Source: an uncultured Candidatus Micrarchaeota archaeon (lineage in GTDB: Archaea; Micrarchaeota; Micrarchaeia; Anstonellales; Bilamarchaeaceae). From it: DNA of 64,000 bases. Positions 1 through 9,386 of the stretch are shown in pieces (positions within the stretch are counted from its first letter, which is position 1; each line of letters starts with the position of its first letter). The notes beneath the pieces were generated by a model that was given only the letters and a program-made list of their open reading frames with translations, was not told where the DNA came from and ran no database searches. Position numbers and translations under genes: made by a program. The stretch is taken from positions 1,280,001-1,344,000 of the forward strand of contig OY970229.1 of the NCBI GenBank assembly GCA_963714085.1. Direction: 5' to 3'.

Positions 1-216
1 GTCGAGCTTCCGAAGCTGGGTTTCGGCCTCACGAAAGCCAGGACGGTCGTGCTCGGGGAGATAGCGAAGCGCGGCGGCCGCTCCATGGTGGAGATAGCGA
101 AGAAGCTCGGTAAGACCAGGGCGATGATCTACCAGCATCTGAAGGAACTCCGGGCCGTTGGTTACGTAGATGATGAATTCGAAGTAACGGTGGCTGGCAG
201 GCTGGCTTTATTGTAG
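1..216 (+). CDS. 3' part of a wHTH regulator, probably Csa3/DUF6293-like CARF-wHTH protein (5' truncated by window)
   Basis: Frame 1 reads VELPKLGFGLTKARTVVLGEIAKRGGRSMVEIAKKLGKTRAMIYQHLKELRAVGYVDDEFEVTVAGRLALL*. The HTH is clear; the ELPKL linker and TxAG tail resemble archaeal Csa3-like proteins. Not in the ORF track. Confidence 0.6.
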   Translation, partial: VELPKLGFGLTKARTVVLGEIAKRGGRSMVEIAKKLGKTRAMIYQHLKELRAVGYVDDEFEVTVAGRLALL

Positions 217-869
217 GACTAATCAAAGTTGCTGTGAACGAGGCGAACGTCCGGGGGCGCGCTTGCCCGGTTTCCGATTCGCTCTCTTTCTGGTTTGTTT
301 GCTGCGCGCTTTTTCCGCTTTGACTGAACTGGTGAATCCGATCCGGTTCATGCGCGCGGTGCGGGATTGGACGGACGGGATGACGCGCACGGCCGCACGG
401 AGCCTGGGCGCAGCACGCTCGGCCGGGAACGTGCTTAATGCTTTCGGTCTTGCGAGCCCGAAACCGTTAATGTCCTTTCCGGCCTCGCTTTACGAATTGG
501 ACGGAAGTTGAAAGGAGTTGAAGGGTCTTGATTGACGTAATTTGGTCTTGCTCGTGGGATGTTTGTCATCCCACTCGCCATTATACGACCGTAACACCGA
601 AATACCCCCCGGTTTATCGTCGTAGCTGGGATTGGCGGAAGTTTTCCTATTCTGGATTGGGAATGATGGTGAAATACCGAAATGCCCCTTCCAATAGCGA
701 CGTTGAAAGCCGTCTCGACACCTGTTGGGCGGATAAGACGGGTATTTCAGCGATGGCATGCTCGCATCACCGACAAATCAAAAGTAGATCTGGGGTATGC
801 CCTTATAGGTAACCATGGCTCCGATACCTTTAAATATTTAATGTAACAAATATTACTCTAAGAGTAATT

Positions 870-1670
870 ATGGTAGCAAGGAATTATAGATTCGGGGAAT
901 TGGAAACACGAGCGCTTTTCGCGCTTGAGGAGGGCGAAGTGGGCCTCATAACGTCCCTGCAGCTAGCCAAGCTCCTCAATGTCTCCAGGGGAAGGGCCAA
1001 CAAGCTGGCATGGCAATTGGCAAGGAAAAAACGCCTCCTGCGGGTTAGGAAAGGAGTCTATCTTTTCGCTCCACTGAAAGCAGGACCTAAAGGATACTGG
1101 AGCGAGAACGCATTGGTCCTAATGCCCGAACTTATAAAAAACGGGCAATATGCGGTGAGCTATTGGGCCGCGCTCAGCCATTATGGCCTTACAGAACAGA
1201 TGCCCATAAGCATACAGGTGAAAGTCTCCAAAAGAAGGCGCTATTTCGAGGCATTCGGCAGCAAAATCTGGTTCATCAAGGTAAGTGATATCGGAGAAAC
1301 GAAGGAAGAAAGAATATCCGGAAAACCCGTGAAGTTTGCCACGGTGGAGCAGCTGATTATCGACTGCCTCACGCATCCCGAACACTGCGGGGGGGTGCAG
1401 GAAGCCACCAAGGCATTATGGTACTCCAAAGAAAAGATCGACTGGGGTAAGCTAGGAGAACTGGCGCTAAAATCCAAGAATGTGGTCAGGCGGAGGCTCG
1501 GATTTCTCCTCGAGCTCCTTCATCTGCCCGGCCTCAAGAACAAGGAGAGATTTGCAGGGTGGCGCTGGCTTGACCATTCGCGCATCAAGGTCGTAAAAGG
1601 CAGGTCCGAGAAATGGGGGCTTATAATCAATCTTACGGAAAAAGAACTGATGCAATGGCAGGAAAGCTGA
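870..1670 (+). CDS. Type IV toxin-antitoxin antitoxin, AbiEi family
   Basis: N-terminal wHTH (LLRVRKGVY), SYWAALSHYGLTEQMP, ATVEQLIIDCL, RRLGFLLE motifs; directly upstream of AbiEii gene. Confidence 0.85.
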   Translation: MVARNYRFGELETRALFALEEGEVGLITSLQLAKLLNVSRGRANKLAWQLARKKRLLRVRKGVYLFAPLKAGPKGYWSENALVLMPELIKNGQYAVSYWAALSHYGLTEQMPISIQVKVSKRRRYFEAFGSKIWFIKVSDIGETKEERISGKPVKFATVEQLIIDCLTHPEHCGGVQEATKALWYSKEKIDWGKLGELALKSKNVVRRRLGFLLELLHLPGLKNKERFAGWRWLDHSRIKVVKGRSEKWGLIINLTEKELMQWQES

Positions 1671-1674
1671 TACC

Positions 1675-2499
1675 ATGCTGAACTTGGCGGATTTGAAACG
1701 GAGGGCGGCTAAAGAGGGCGTGCCGCAGGCAATCGTAGAGAAAGATTACGCGCTGTCCATAGCACTGGATGCGATAGCGCAATCCAGTTTGGCCGGGCAT
1801 CTGGTTTTCAAAGGGGGCACTGCGTTGAAAAAAGTTTATTTCAGCCAGGCGCGGTATTCAGAAGACCTGGATTTCACTGCATTGAAACTGAGCCCGGAGC
1901 GGATTTTGGAGGTTCTTCGCATGACCTTGGGGAACAAGGAAATCGAAGGTATCCGTTTTGAAAACGTCGAAGAGGAAAAAACCCGGGCAGGCCTGAAGGC
2001 CGCACTCAGGTTCACAGGGCCGCTTGGACAGCCGCAGCGAATCAGGTTCGATTTCAGCTTCAGGGATAATCTTGTGCAGGAGGCTCAAAGAAAACCGGTG
2101 TTGGATTCTTACGGATTGAAAATTCATGAAATATCCGTTCTTAGCTTGGAAGAGCTTTTTGCCGAGAAAATCCATGCACTTGTTTCCAGGTCTGCACCGA
2201 GGGATCTTTATGACGTCTGGTTCCTTTTGCGGGAAAAGGTCGAGATAAAACCGGACATCGTGAAGATGAAATTCGATTATTACAAAGAACGATTCGAATA
2301 CGGCAGTCTCCCGGGCAAAATGAAAGAACTAGAAGCCAATTGGAATGAGGACCTGAGGCAATTCCTGAAGAAGGTGCCCTCTTTCGAGTTGATTGCAAAG
2401 GAAGTTATGGATGAATTAAAAAAATACGAGCATATGTATGACAATTCCGTTACTAGTTCGACACCGGGAGCATACAATCCGACATTCTCTTCTAAATAA
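1675..2499 (+). CDS. AbiEii/AbiGii nucleotidyltransferase toxin
   Basis: VEKDY, FKGGTALKK, RYSEDLDF, AEKIHAL, RDLYD motifs. Confidence 0.9.
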   Translation: MLNLADLKRRAAKEGVPQAIVEKDYALSIALDAIAQSSLAGHLVFKGGTALKKVYFSQARYSEDLDFTALKLSPERILEVLRMTLGNKEIEGIRFENVEEEKTRAGLKAALRFTGPLGQPQRIRFDFSFRDNLVQEAQRKPVLDSYGLKIHEISVLSLEELFAEKIHALVSRSAPRDLYDVWFLLREKVEIKPDIVKMKFDYYKERFEYGSLPGKMKELEANWNEDLRQFLKKVPSFELIAKEVMDELKKYEHMYDNSVTSSTPGAYNPTFSSK

Positions 2500-2525
2500 T
2501 TTATCAACGTGGGAACCAGCGAAGT

Positions 2526-4772
2526 CTATGATATATTCTCCGTCTGCACAGTCTTTGCCGGCTCCGTGAGCTTCACCACTGCAACGTTCCTGGCCCCAGC
2601 CAATGCCTTCTCATACCTGACCTTCTGTCTCTGGTTAATCACAACGATGATAACTGATGCATAGCCCTGCCCGAACCTCTTTCTCACCTGGTCAGCGAAA
2701 CCCAAGAGTTCAGGCTTGGTTCCTGTCTCGACCTCCACCGCAGTCTTACCATTGAAAACAAGGTCTGGGTTATTCCATCCACCCAGCACCTTCACACTGC
2801 CATAATTGGCGAGCTCCCTCTCGACCTTTGACACAAGGATCCGGTGAAAACTGCTCTCGTTCCGGTTGGGGTTGTTGACCTCATAGAAGACTTCCATGCC
2901 CTCCCGCGTCTCTAGTTCTTCATAGCGGATTACCTTGCCTGCCTTCGTTAATGACTGAAGACGCCGCCAGACGGCGGGCTTGGGATAACCACTCTTGCGG
3001 GACAACTCCGTGGCGGTCATCGCGCCCTCTTTTTTCAGGGTTTCCAGAATCATTTCGCTCCTGGGTATGCGTGGACTGAGTTTAGGGGCTTGTATTAGCG
3101 TTCCTGCTGGCTGCGGTGCTATCGCTGCACTCGGCTGGACTTCCGATTTTTCCGGGCCCGTAGGGGCCATTTTCAGCGCATCCACGCGCACTAAAGCATA
3201 GTGGTCCTTTGGCGCGATGAGAAGCGCCTCGCCCTTAATCAGGCCGTTCATGACGTTGTGAAGCAGTCCGCCGGAGATTCCAGTCATCTTCTCAAGCTGC
3301 TGGAGGTCGGACGCCGATGGTATCCTGAAGACAAGGATGTTGCCGAAATTCGCGCTGAAACCATCCGGGAAATCTACGAGGTTCTGGCTGGCGATTATGA
3401 GCCGCCCTCCGAACTTTCCAGCCTCGCGGGCTATCTTGATGGTCGTGGTGGTGAAGCCGCGGTCCCTCAGCTTGGGGTTGTTCAGCCTGTGCGCCTCATC
3501 TATGACTATCGTTGTCGGAAGCCTCATTTCCATCAGGACTGCGAGGTAGCGGCGCAGGATGAGGTCGGCGTAGAAATCCGCCGCGTTCTTGTCCCTGATC
3601 CGCGAGAAATTGAAGACCACGTTCCGCTTGTCCCCAGTGAGCTCGTGGATGTTCTTCTGGCCAGTGCCGTATCCCGCAATCTTGGCAAGGCGCAGGTGCA
3701 GACCTGCGTACCTATCCTTCTCGTAATAAGATTTAGCCGCTGACATCGCCTGCTGGATGGTAATCAAGGCATCCGAGAGAGTGCCATTGCGTCCCATGCC
3801 CTGGTCAAGCGCTTTCTTCAGTATCGCAAGTTGGACGTCTCCGACATCGGTGAAAGCCGTCAGGAAGCTGTCCACCACATCGCTGACACGGTTCTCCGAA
3901 GGCTCACCTTGGTAAATCGGCGCGAGAGGTGCATATTCGAGCGCATCAACGACAAAGAAGCCATTGTTGGCAAGGTAGGAGTACTCGTTATGGAAGTCTA
4001 TCACGACATGGCCGCGCCCCTCTTCAGCACCAGTCTTGACGCGGCTCCTCACGTACCATGCCCAGACTGCGACGATGACGATACCTCCGAGGACCCACCA
4101 TGCGTTCAGAATGTCGACCATATATGTGGCTGGCCAATGGGCGAAGGCCAGGACTAATACCAAAGGCATGAGCAGCCACCGCCCGAAGTACAGCCAGAAA
4201 ACGAGCAGTACTAGCGCAACGATGGCAAGCAGGATGATGGCTGGAGAGAAGAACGGCCCGATGGAATTCCAAAGAGTTCTCTTCTTCGTCAGCGTTCCCA
4301 GAAGCGTCCTTATGGTCGTGCTTTTCCCGCTCTGACTCCCTCCGACTATCAGGATGTGCGGGCTGGCACTTTTCAGGTCAAGGGTCGTTTTTTTGGATAC
4401 GAGATAGCGGGAGAAGAGCCATCCGCCAGGGTCACGCTCGAACCTGCCGAATTCCCGGCCTATATCCAGGCCGGGCAGGACGTCTAGGTGGGCGAACGCT
4501 TTCCAGAGAATCCACGCCGTGATCGTGAGGAAGGCGTCGAACAGCGCCGCGACCAGCAGCGGTATCGGGAAGCAAAGGACGAGGTTCAGGAGATTCCAGT
4601 GGGCGAGGTAATAAAGGAAGACCACGACCAGTGAAACCGGGTAAAGCAGGAGGTACAGGATGCCCCAAATGCCAAGGCTCAACAGTGCTAACGGCTTTAT
4701 GCTGCTTTTACCTGGGGCCGGACTCGAATGGAACTTCAGCACGTTCGACAGTATCATATCCGCCGGATCCAT
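2526..4772 (-). CDS. Membrane-bound HerA/VirD4-like ATPase fused to wHTH and PD-(D/E)xK-like domain
   Basis: Walker A GGSQSGKST, IDFHNEY, Walker B IVIDEAH, REAGKFG, ASQ; TM segments; C-terminal wHTH then PDL..VEVETG. Confidence 0.75.
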   Translation of the reverse strand: MDPADMILSNVLKFHSSPAPGKSSIKPLALLSLGIWGILYLLLYPVSLVVVFLYYLAHWNLLNLVLCFPIPLLVAALFDAFLTITAWILWKAFAHLDVLPGLDIGREFGRFERDPGGWLFSRYLVSKKTTLDLKSASPHILIVGGSQSGKSTTIRTLLGTLTKKRTLWNSIGPFFSPAIILLAIVALVLLVFWLYFGRWLLMPLVLVLAFAHWPATYMVDILNAWWVLGGIVIVAVWAWYVRSRVKTGAEEGRGHVVIDFHNEYSYLANNGFFVVDALEYAPLAPIYQGEPSENRVSDVVDSFLTAFTDVGDVQLAILKKALDQGMGRNGTLSDALITIQQAMSAAKSYYEKDRYAGLHLRLAKIAGYGTGQKNIHELTGDKRNVVFNFSRIRDKNAADFYADLILRRYLAVLMEMRLPTTIVIDEAHRLNNPKLRDRGFTTTTIKIAREAGKFGGRLIIASQNLVDFPDGFSANFGNILVFRIPSASDLQQLEKMTGISGGLLHNVMNGLIKGEALLIAPKDHYALVRVDALKMAPTGPEKSEVQPSAAIAPQPAGTLIQAPKLSPRIPRSEMILETLKKEGAMTATELSRKSGYPKPAVWRRLQSLTKAGKVIRYEELETREGMEVFYEVNNPNRNESSFHRILVSKVERELANYGSVKVLGGWNNPDLVFNGKTAVEVETGTKPELLGFADQVRKRFGQGYASVIIVVINQRQKVRYEKALAGARNVAVVKLTEPAKTVQTENIS

Positions 4773-4827
4773 GGGTTCACCTCCACCTCAGCTTGAATTT
4801 TTTCAGTTCACGAAGAGAAAGAAAGGA

Positions 4828-5058
4828 CTATCTCACAGTCAGCTCTCCAACTACCTCCTTCCTAATCACTACCCTGAAGCCGTCGCGCAGGATTTGCAGC
4901 TTTGGCGAGTTATGCTGCAGGTACTCGATCATCTCTAGATTCTTCCTTACGGTCCGGTAGTTGAAGCCTGTTTCGCGGCACAGTTTCATGAACGAAACCG
5001 GTTCAAAATCCACAACATCCATGATTTTTTCCAGGATTTCTTTTTGCGTCCTCATCAC
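4828..5058 (-). CDS. Small wHTH DNA-binding protein
   Basis: SFMKLCRETGFNYRTVRKNL HTH-like segment followed by beta wing. Confidence 0.6.
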   Translation of the reverse strand: MMRTQKEILEKIMDVVDFEPVSFMKLCRETGFNYRTVRKNLEMIEYLQHNSPKLQILRDGFRVVIRKEVVGELTVR

Positions 5059-5122
5059 ACCACCCCTACAACATGATAGCGTTTTCGGGGGTATAAATAG
5101 TTGGGGACGCGGGTTTGGAATT

Positions 5123-5416
5123 TTAGGCTTGCATAATTGCTGCGCCTATGATTAAACCCAGTAGATACAACGGGCCATTGATACAGATATCTTCAAACAT
5201 CGTCGCCATTCCTATTATGAAGAAGAGTAAACCATAAAGCCAGAGATAACCGCATACACTGCTCGATCCCGTAACTGGGTTCTTACACACGGCGTCCAAA
5301 ATCATTAACGCAATGGATTCCCTGGAGGGTTCGATTCCTGTTTTCAATCCAATGCCTATTACTATGCCATCGGCCAGACCTGAAACAAACGCCGCAGGCA
5401 TCGTTATTCTTTTCAT
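5123..5416 (-). CDS. Small membrane protein
   Basis: GAGGTGA RBS; 2-3 hydrophobic segments, Cys pair. Confidence 0.6.
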   Translation of the reverse strand: MKRITMPAAFVSGLADGIVIGIGLKTGIEPSRESIALMILDAVCKNPVTGSSSVCGYLWLYGLLFFIIGMATMFEDICINGPLYLLGLIIGAAIMQA

Positions 5417-5461
5417 TCATTTCACCTCGTTTAGGTGATTTGGATTAGGGCATCTCAGCCC

Positions 5462-6244
5462 TTATTTGGTGCATCTAACATCGTTGTATGGTTCACCATA
5501 CAGCGAGTATGCTTCAAAACACAGCAAATCGAATAGAAACAATAGGCGTTTTCTTGCAGCATTTGTTTTTTTCACGTCTAGAACGATATCTTTCTTTTTT
5601 GAATCGTATTCCCAAACCTCAATTTCGACTCCGTCATAATGATAAACCCCATCATCTGATTTTTTGATAATCCCGCACTTTTCGAGTTTTGATAAGAGGG
5701 AAACTGCGCTCGGCCTCTGAATCCCCAGAAGATCTGCACAGTCTTGGAACGACCAGGCTTGAGGCCCATTATTGATTAATGCACCCAAGATAATCAGAGT
5801 AGACGGTTCCCATTCAAAAGCAACTTCCTTGCCTGGTTCCGCACTGCTTTTTTTCCGATATTTTTCGTATCGGATGGTCAAATTCAATGCATGCCTTAAC
5901 CGGTTGGCAAAACTAGTTTCCCTAAAATATAAGGAAGGAACCATAAACATAAAAGTGAAGCACATGTAGCTCCAGCTTAGTAAGGCGTAATATCCTAAAT
6001 CGTTATTTAGTAGTTTTAGACTTAATGAAAAAATCAGAAAAATAATGGCGAGTATGAAAAGCACAAACATAAAAAAACGAAATTTCTTCGGTTTCATAAG
6101 CTTCTGAATAATTATGTTGTTAAACCAAAGGAAAAGCGCTGGGAGGTATGGAATTGGGAATAAGTCAGAAAAGAAATCAACAGAGAAGCCATCCTGTGGT
6201 TTGCCCAAGATGACTTTTGTTTTAAACATGATTATCAGATGCAC
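5462..6244 (-). CDS. Membrane protein with C-terminal wHTH
   Basis: N-terminal TM helices; SFQDCADLLGIQRPSAVSLLSKLEKCGII; AT-rich; start uncertain. Confidence 0.55.
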   Translation of the reverse strand: MHLIIMFKTKVILGKPQDGFSVDFFSDLFPIPYLPALFLWFNNIIIQKLMKPKKFRFFMFVLFILAIIFLIFSLSLKLLNNDLGYYALLSWSYMCFTFMFMVPSLYFRETSFANRLRHALNLTIRYEKYRKKSSAEPGKEVAFEWEPSTLIILGALINNGPQAWSFQDCADLLGIQRPSAVSLLSKLEKCGIIKKSDDGVYHYDGVEIEVWEYDSKKKDIVLDVKKTNAARKRLLFLFDLLCFEAYSLYGEPYNDVRCTK

Positions 6245-6274
6245 TCATAGTAACTAAAAAACTTCGCACGCGGG

Positions 6275-7075
6275 TTAGTTGGACATCTGCATCTTGTACT
6301 GCTGAAAGCAATTCCTCACGCTATTCACGTTTATACCCGCCGCCTTGGCGAGCTTCTCCTGAGTGAGCGTGCCGTCCGTTGCGAGAGAAGCGACGTAAAG
6401 CGCGGTGGCAGCGAGCGTCGTAGGTTTGCCGCCGTACTGCTGGTTCTCAAGAAGCTTCACGGCCAGCTCCACGGTTTCCTGCGGCACGCCAGCCGTCAAT
6501 GCGATGCGGTGGACCTGGGTCGCCGGTCCTGCGGCGTCAGCCGGGAGGTTCAGGGCCCGTTTCATGGCGAGGTACGTCCGCCCGATGGTCTTCGGCTGCA
6601 GCTCCGCCGCCTCCGCGATCTCATCCAGGGCGCGGGGGAACCCGGACATCCTGCAGGATGCATATACGCAGGCGGCGGCTATCCAGTCGAACCTGCGCCC
6701 GCTCGTCACATTCGCTATCCTGGCCTTCCGGTAGATGTTCATGGCCATGTCCTCCGCGTTCGGAGGCAGGTGCATAGCGAAGCAGACGCGCTTTATCTCG
6801 TTCACGATCCTTATGTTGAACTTCTTCCTGAACGCCTCGCTGGACACCCTCGTATGCCATTTCTTGATCCCCCCATACCCGTCGCTATCGAAGGCGACGT
6901 CCCTGAATTCCCCAATCGTCGTCATGGTCCCGAACGAGCCGAGCCTCATGCGGGCCATGCTTTTCGTGAGCCTCAGCGACCCCTCGGCGCGCTTCTTGGG
7001 CATGAGCGGCGCAAGCTTCGCTTTCAGCATTTCGATGAACGACTTCCTGCTTTCCCTCTTAGGACACCTTTCCAA
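6275..7075 (-). CDS. TFIIB/TFB-like protein (two cyclin repeats, no Zn ribbon)
   Basis: GRRFDWIAAACVYASCRMSGFPRALDEIA and GKPTTLAATALYVAS...LTQEKLAKAAGINVNSVRN match TFB cyclin repeats. Confidence 0.8.
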   Translation of the reverse strand: MERCPKRESRKSFIEMLKAKLAPLMPKKRAEGSLRLTKSMARMRLGSFGTMTTIGEFRDVAFDSDGYGGIKKWHTRVSSEAFRKKFNIRIVNEIKRVCFAMHLPPNAEDMAMNIYRKARIANVTSGRRFDWIAAACVYASCRMSGFPRALDEIAEAAELQPKTIGRTYLAMKRALNLPADAAGPATQVHRIALTAGVPQETVELAVKLLENQQYGGKPTTLAATALYVASLATDGTLTQEKLAKAAGINVNSVRNCFQQYKMQMSN

Positions 7076-7237
7076 AGAACCACCCCACGAATATATCTGT
7101 CTTGAGGTAGTATAAATACTTGGGGTTTTTGGAGGTACTATCGGGTACCTAATGCACTCTGGCGCTTTCAGGTTTCGCTCAGGCTCATGTGAGCGGGGTC
7201 CGTCCGAGCGATTGCCTATAGTAAAGATAAGAAATAT

Positions 7238-7732
7238 TCAGTCGTACTCTACATACTCCTCGTCATCAAGTTGGATTTTGCTTTCTTCCAAAAACTCATG
7301 TATATAATCCGCTGTCTCTTTGATGGTTTTTTCATTCTGTGTCAAGCAATTAGGAATCCTAAGAGTTACATAACCCTTCTTGAAAGAATAAAACGTCCTT
7401 TTCAAATCAGCCAATGCTTGTTTTGGATCAGCATTATGCTGTGGACCATCAACTTCAATATTGACCTTTGCGTCAACAATTGCGATGTCGATATGCTTGT
7501 AGCCGTCCCATTTCTCCAGTTCGACTTTCCATTCGAATTTTTTGAGGTATTCCGCGAGCTTTTTCTGCTGCGGGGTCGGTTCAGGTTTGCGGGGTTCTTT
7601 TCTACGACTGCCCATCCCCACTTTTTTTTGACAGACTAAACATAATGGTATCTTGAAATGTTCCATAGAATATTCGAATACTTCATTTGGAATATCCTCA
7701 CGGCACTTATTGCAGTAATACCCCATTAGCAT
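7238..7732 (-). CDS. DUF559/Vsr-like endonuclease with N-terminal Zn finger
   Basis: CNKC..CLVCQ; IDIA..NIEVDGPQH..D..R..GYVTLRI. Confidence 0.75.
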   Translation of the reverse strand: MLMGYYCNKCREDIPNEVFEYSMEHFKIPLCLVCQKKVGMGSRRKEPRKPEPTPQQKKLAEYLKKFEWKVELEKWDGYKHIDIAIVDAKVNIEVDGPQHNADPKQALADLKRTFYSFKKGYVTLRIPNCLTQNEKTIKETADYIHEFLEESKIQLDDEEYVEYD

Positions 7733-7824
7733 ATTCCATCTTCTTGGGTTAAATAGTTATGTTCATGTGACCCGAAAAGGGCTTCAGACTCCAGAGTTAC
7801 TTAGAGGTTCTTCGTCTAGATTCC

Positions 7825-9132
7825 CTATGTCATCAGCCCCATCTCCAGGATCTTCTTCATCATGACCTCCTTGAACTCGTCGTCCTTCATGAGCTGGCTG
7901 AGGATGGACTGCGGGGCGATGGGCTCCTTCGACTTCTCCGGTTTCTCCGGCGGCTTCACGGGCGCCTTCTCGGATGTCTTCTCAAGTGGCTTATCAGGCA
8001 TCTTCACAAGCGCTTTCTCCTCCTCCGGCATGAACCCGTAGCCGCACTTCGAGCAGATCTTCGCTGCCGGAGGGCACGGGTTGCCGCACCTGGCGCATGG
8101 CGCCTGCCTGAACGTCTCGGCGTTGCTGCCCTCGTCCTTCTTCAGGCCGTTTATCTTGAGTATGGCGTCGTCCACGTCCCTGCCGCTCAGGTGAACGTAG
8201 ACGCTCGCCATGTCGCTGGCCTGGACCCACCCGAAATACTCCTTCATCTGCGCCTCCGTGAGCCTGCTCGCCATCATCGTGGCCCTGGAATGGCGGAAAA
8301 GGTGGGGGTGGACCCGTTTCGTTATCCCCACCTGCTTCGCCAGGGTCTTGATTATCCTGGCAGCGTACGGGTAGCTGAACGGGACAGGCTGCGTCTCCCT
8401 GCCGTACCTGCGCCGCACGAAGAGGTAGGCGTCCGGCATGTCCCTGTACGGGTGGAACTCGAGCCAGCCGGCCAGGGCCGGAACCGACGCGATGAGCCTT
8501 ATCCTCCTGTCCCCGGTCTTCCCTGTGACCACCACGACGACCCCGTATTCGTCGAACTTGAGGTTCTTGAGCTGGATTGTGAGGATCTCGCCTATCCGGC
8601 CCCCGCTCTCGTACAGGCACTGTATGAACGCCCTGTCCCTGGCGTCCTCGCAGGCCCCTATCATCCGCTTCACCTCGTCTTCGGTCAGCAGCTCGTCGGG
8701 CAGCTTGTGCTTGCCCTTCACGTGCACCTTTATCCAGCTAACCTCGGGCGGGTATTCCCTGTTCCCGCCCCGCAGCCATTTGAAGAAGCGGCGGAGCGTG
8801 ACCTTGTAGTCGTGCTTCGACCAGGGCGCGAGCTTTTCGTTGCCCTCGATGTCCACGACGATGTCCTTTATGTCGTCCTTGTCGAGCTCGGTGAGCGGCT
8901 TCTCCAGCTTTTTCGCGATCCTCTTGAGGGTCTCGACGTACTTGCAAAGCCGCGCTATCCTCATGCTCTCCGCGACCATGTCCCTGTGGAAATCGCATAT
9001 CACCCGGACGTTCTCCTTGGACAGGCCGGCCTTGCCGTTCCGCATGTTCTCCAGCATGGTCCTGAGCTGTCCGGCCCTTCCATGCGGATCGTATTTCATA
9101 CCCACCAAGCGCATCACCCCGTTTTTATACAT
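7825..9132 (-). CDS. Tyrosine recombinase/integrase with C-terminal Zn ribbon
   Basis: LYESGGRIGE, GKTG, HPHLFRHSRAT, YVHL; CARC..CSKC. Confidence 0.93.
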   Translation of the reverse strand: MYKNGVMRLVGMKYDPHGRAGQLRTMLENMRNGKAGLSKENVRVICDFHRDMVAESMRIARLCKYVETLKRIAKKLEKPLTELDKDDIKDIVVDIEGNEKLAPWSKHDYKVTLRRFFKWLRGGNREYPPEVSWIKVHVKGKHKLPDELLTEDEVKRMIGACEDARDRAFIQCLYESGGRIGEILTIQLKNLKFDEYGVVVVVTGKTGDRRIRLIASVPALAGWLEFHPYRDMPDAYLFVRRRYGRETQPVPFSYPYAARIIKTLAKQVGITKRVHPHLFRHSRATMMASRLTEAQMKEYFGWVQASDMASVYVHLSGRDVDDAILKINGLKKDEGSNAETFRQAPCARCGNPCPPAAKICSKCGYGFMPEEEKALVKMPDKPLEKTSEKAPVKPPEKPEKSKEPIAPQSILSQLMKDDEFKEVMMKKILEMGLMT

Positions 9133-9255
9133 GGATGCATGGTGTTGGCGTGAAACGGGGCGTGGAACGCCTTTTCATGGCGGAAACCCCCAAAAACCCG
9201 CAAAAGTGGCGGTTTATGGCGGTTTGCATCGGGAGGCGTGGAACAAGAAGAAATA

Positions 9256-9328
9256 CGCCCCGGGGATGACTCGAACATCCGGCCTGCTGATTAACAGTCA
9301 GCCGCTCTACCAGCTGAGCTACCGAGGC
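9256..9328 (-). tRNA. tRNA-Asn(GTT)
   Basis: Reverse complement GCCTCGGTAGCTCAGCTGGTAGAGCGGCTGACT-GTT-AATCAGCAGGCCGGATGTTCGAGTCATCCCCGGGGCG folds into a cloverleaf. Confidence 0.95.
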
Positions 9329-9386
9329 AATAAGATTGACTTTTGTTATCGAATCGTGTTTAAAAAACTAACACTTCAGGAAATCC

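Larger units (their letters stand above)
1..9256. mobile_element. Integrated element at the 3' end of tRNA-Asn; left end lies outside the window
   Basis: Tyrosine integrase directly downstream of tRNA-Asn; accessory cargo (TA pair, ATPase, DUF559-like nuclease); AT-rich patches. No second att copy seen in the window. Confidence 0.75.

Noticed and set aside
249..262. TCCGGGGGCG as the distal att of tRNA-Asn
   Set aside because: Wrong orientation and imperfect; the element end probably lies outside the window.
490..812. Short ORFs upstream of the AbiEi gene
   Set aside because: No motifs, RBS or codon bias to support them.
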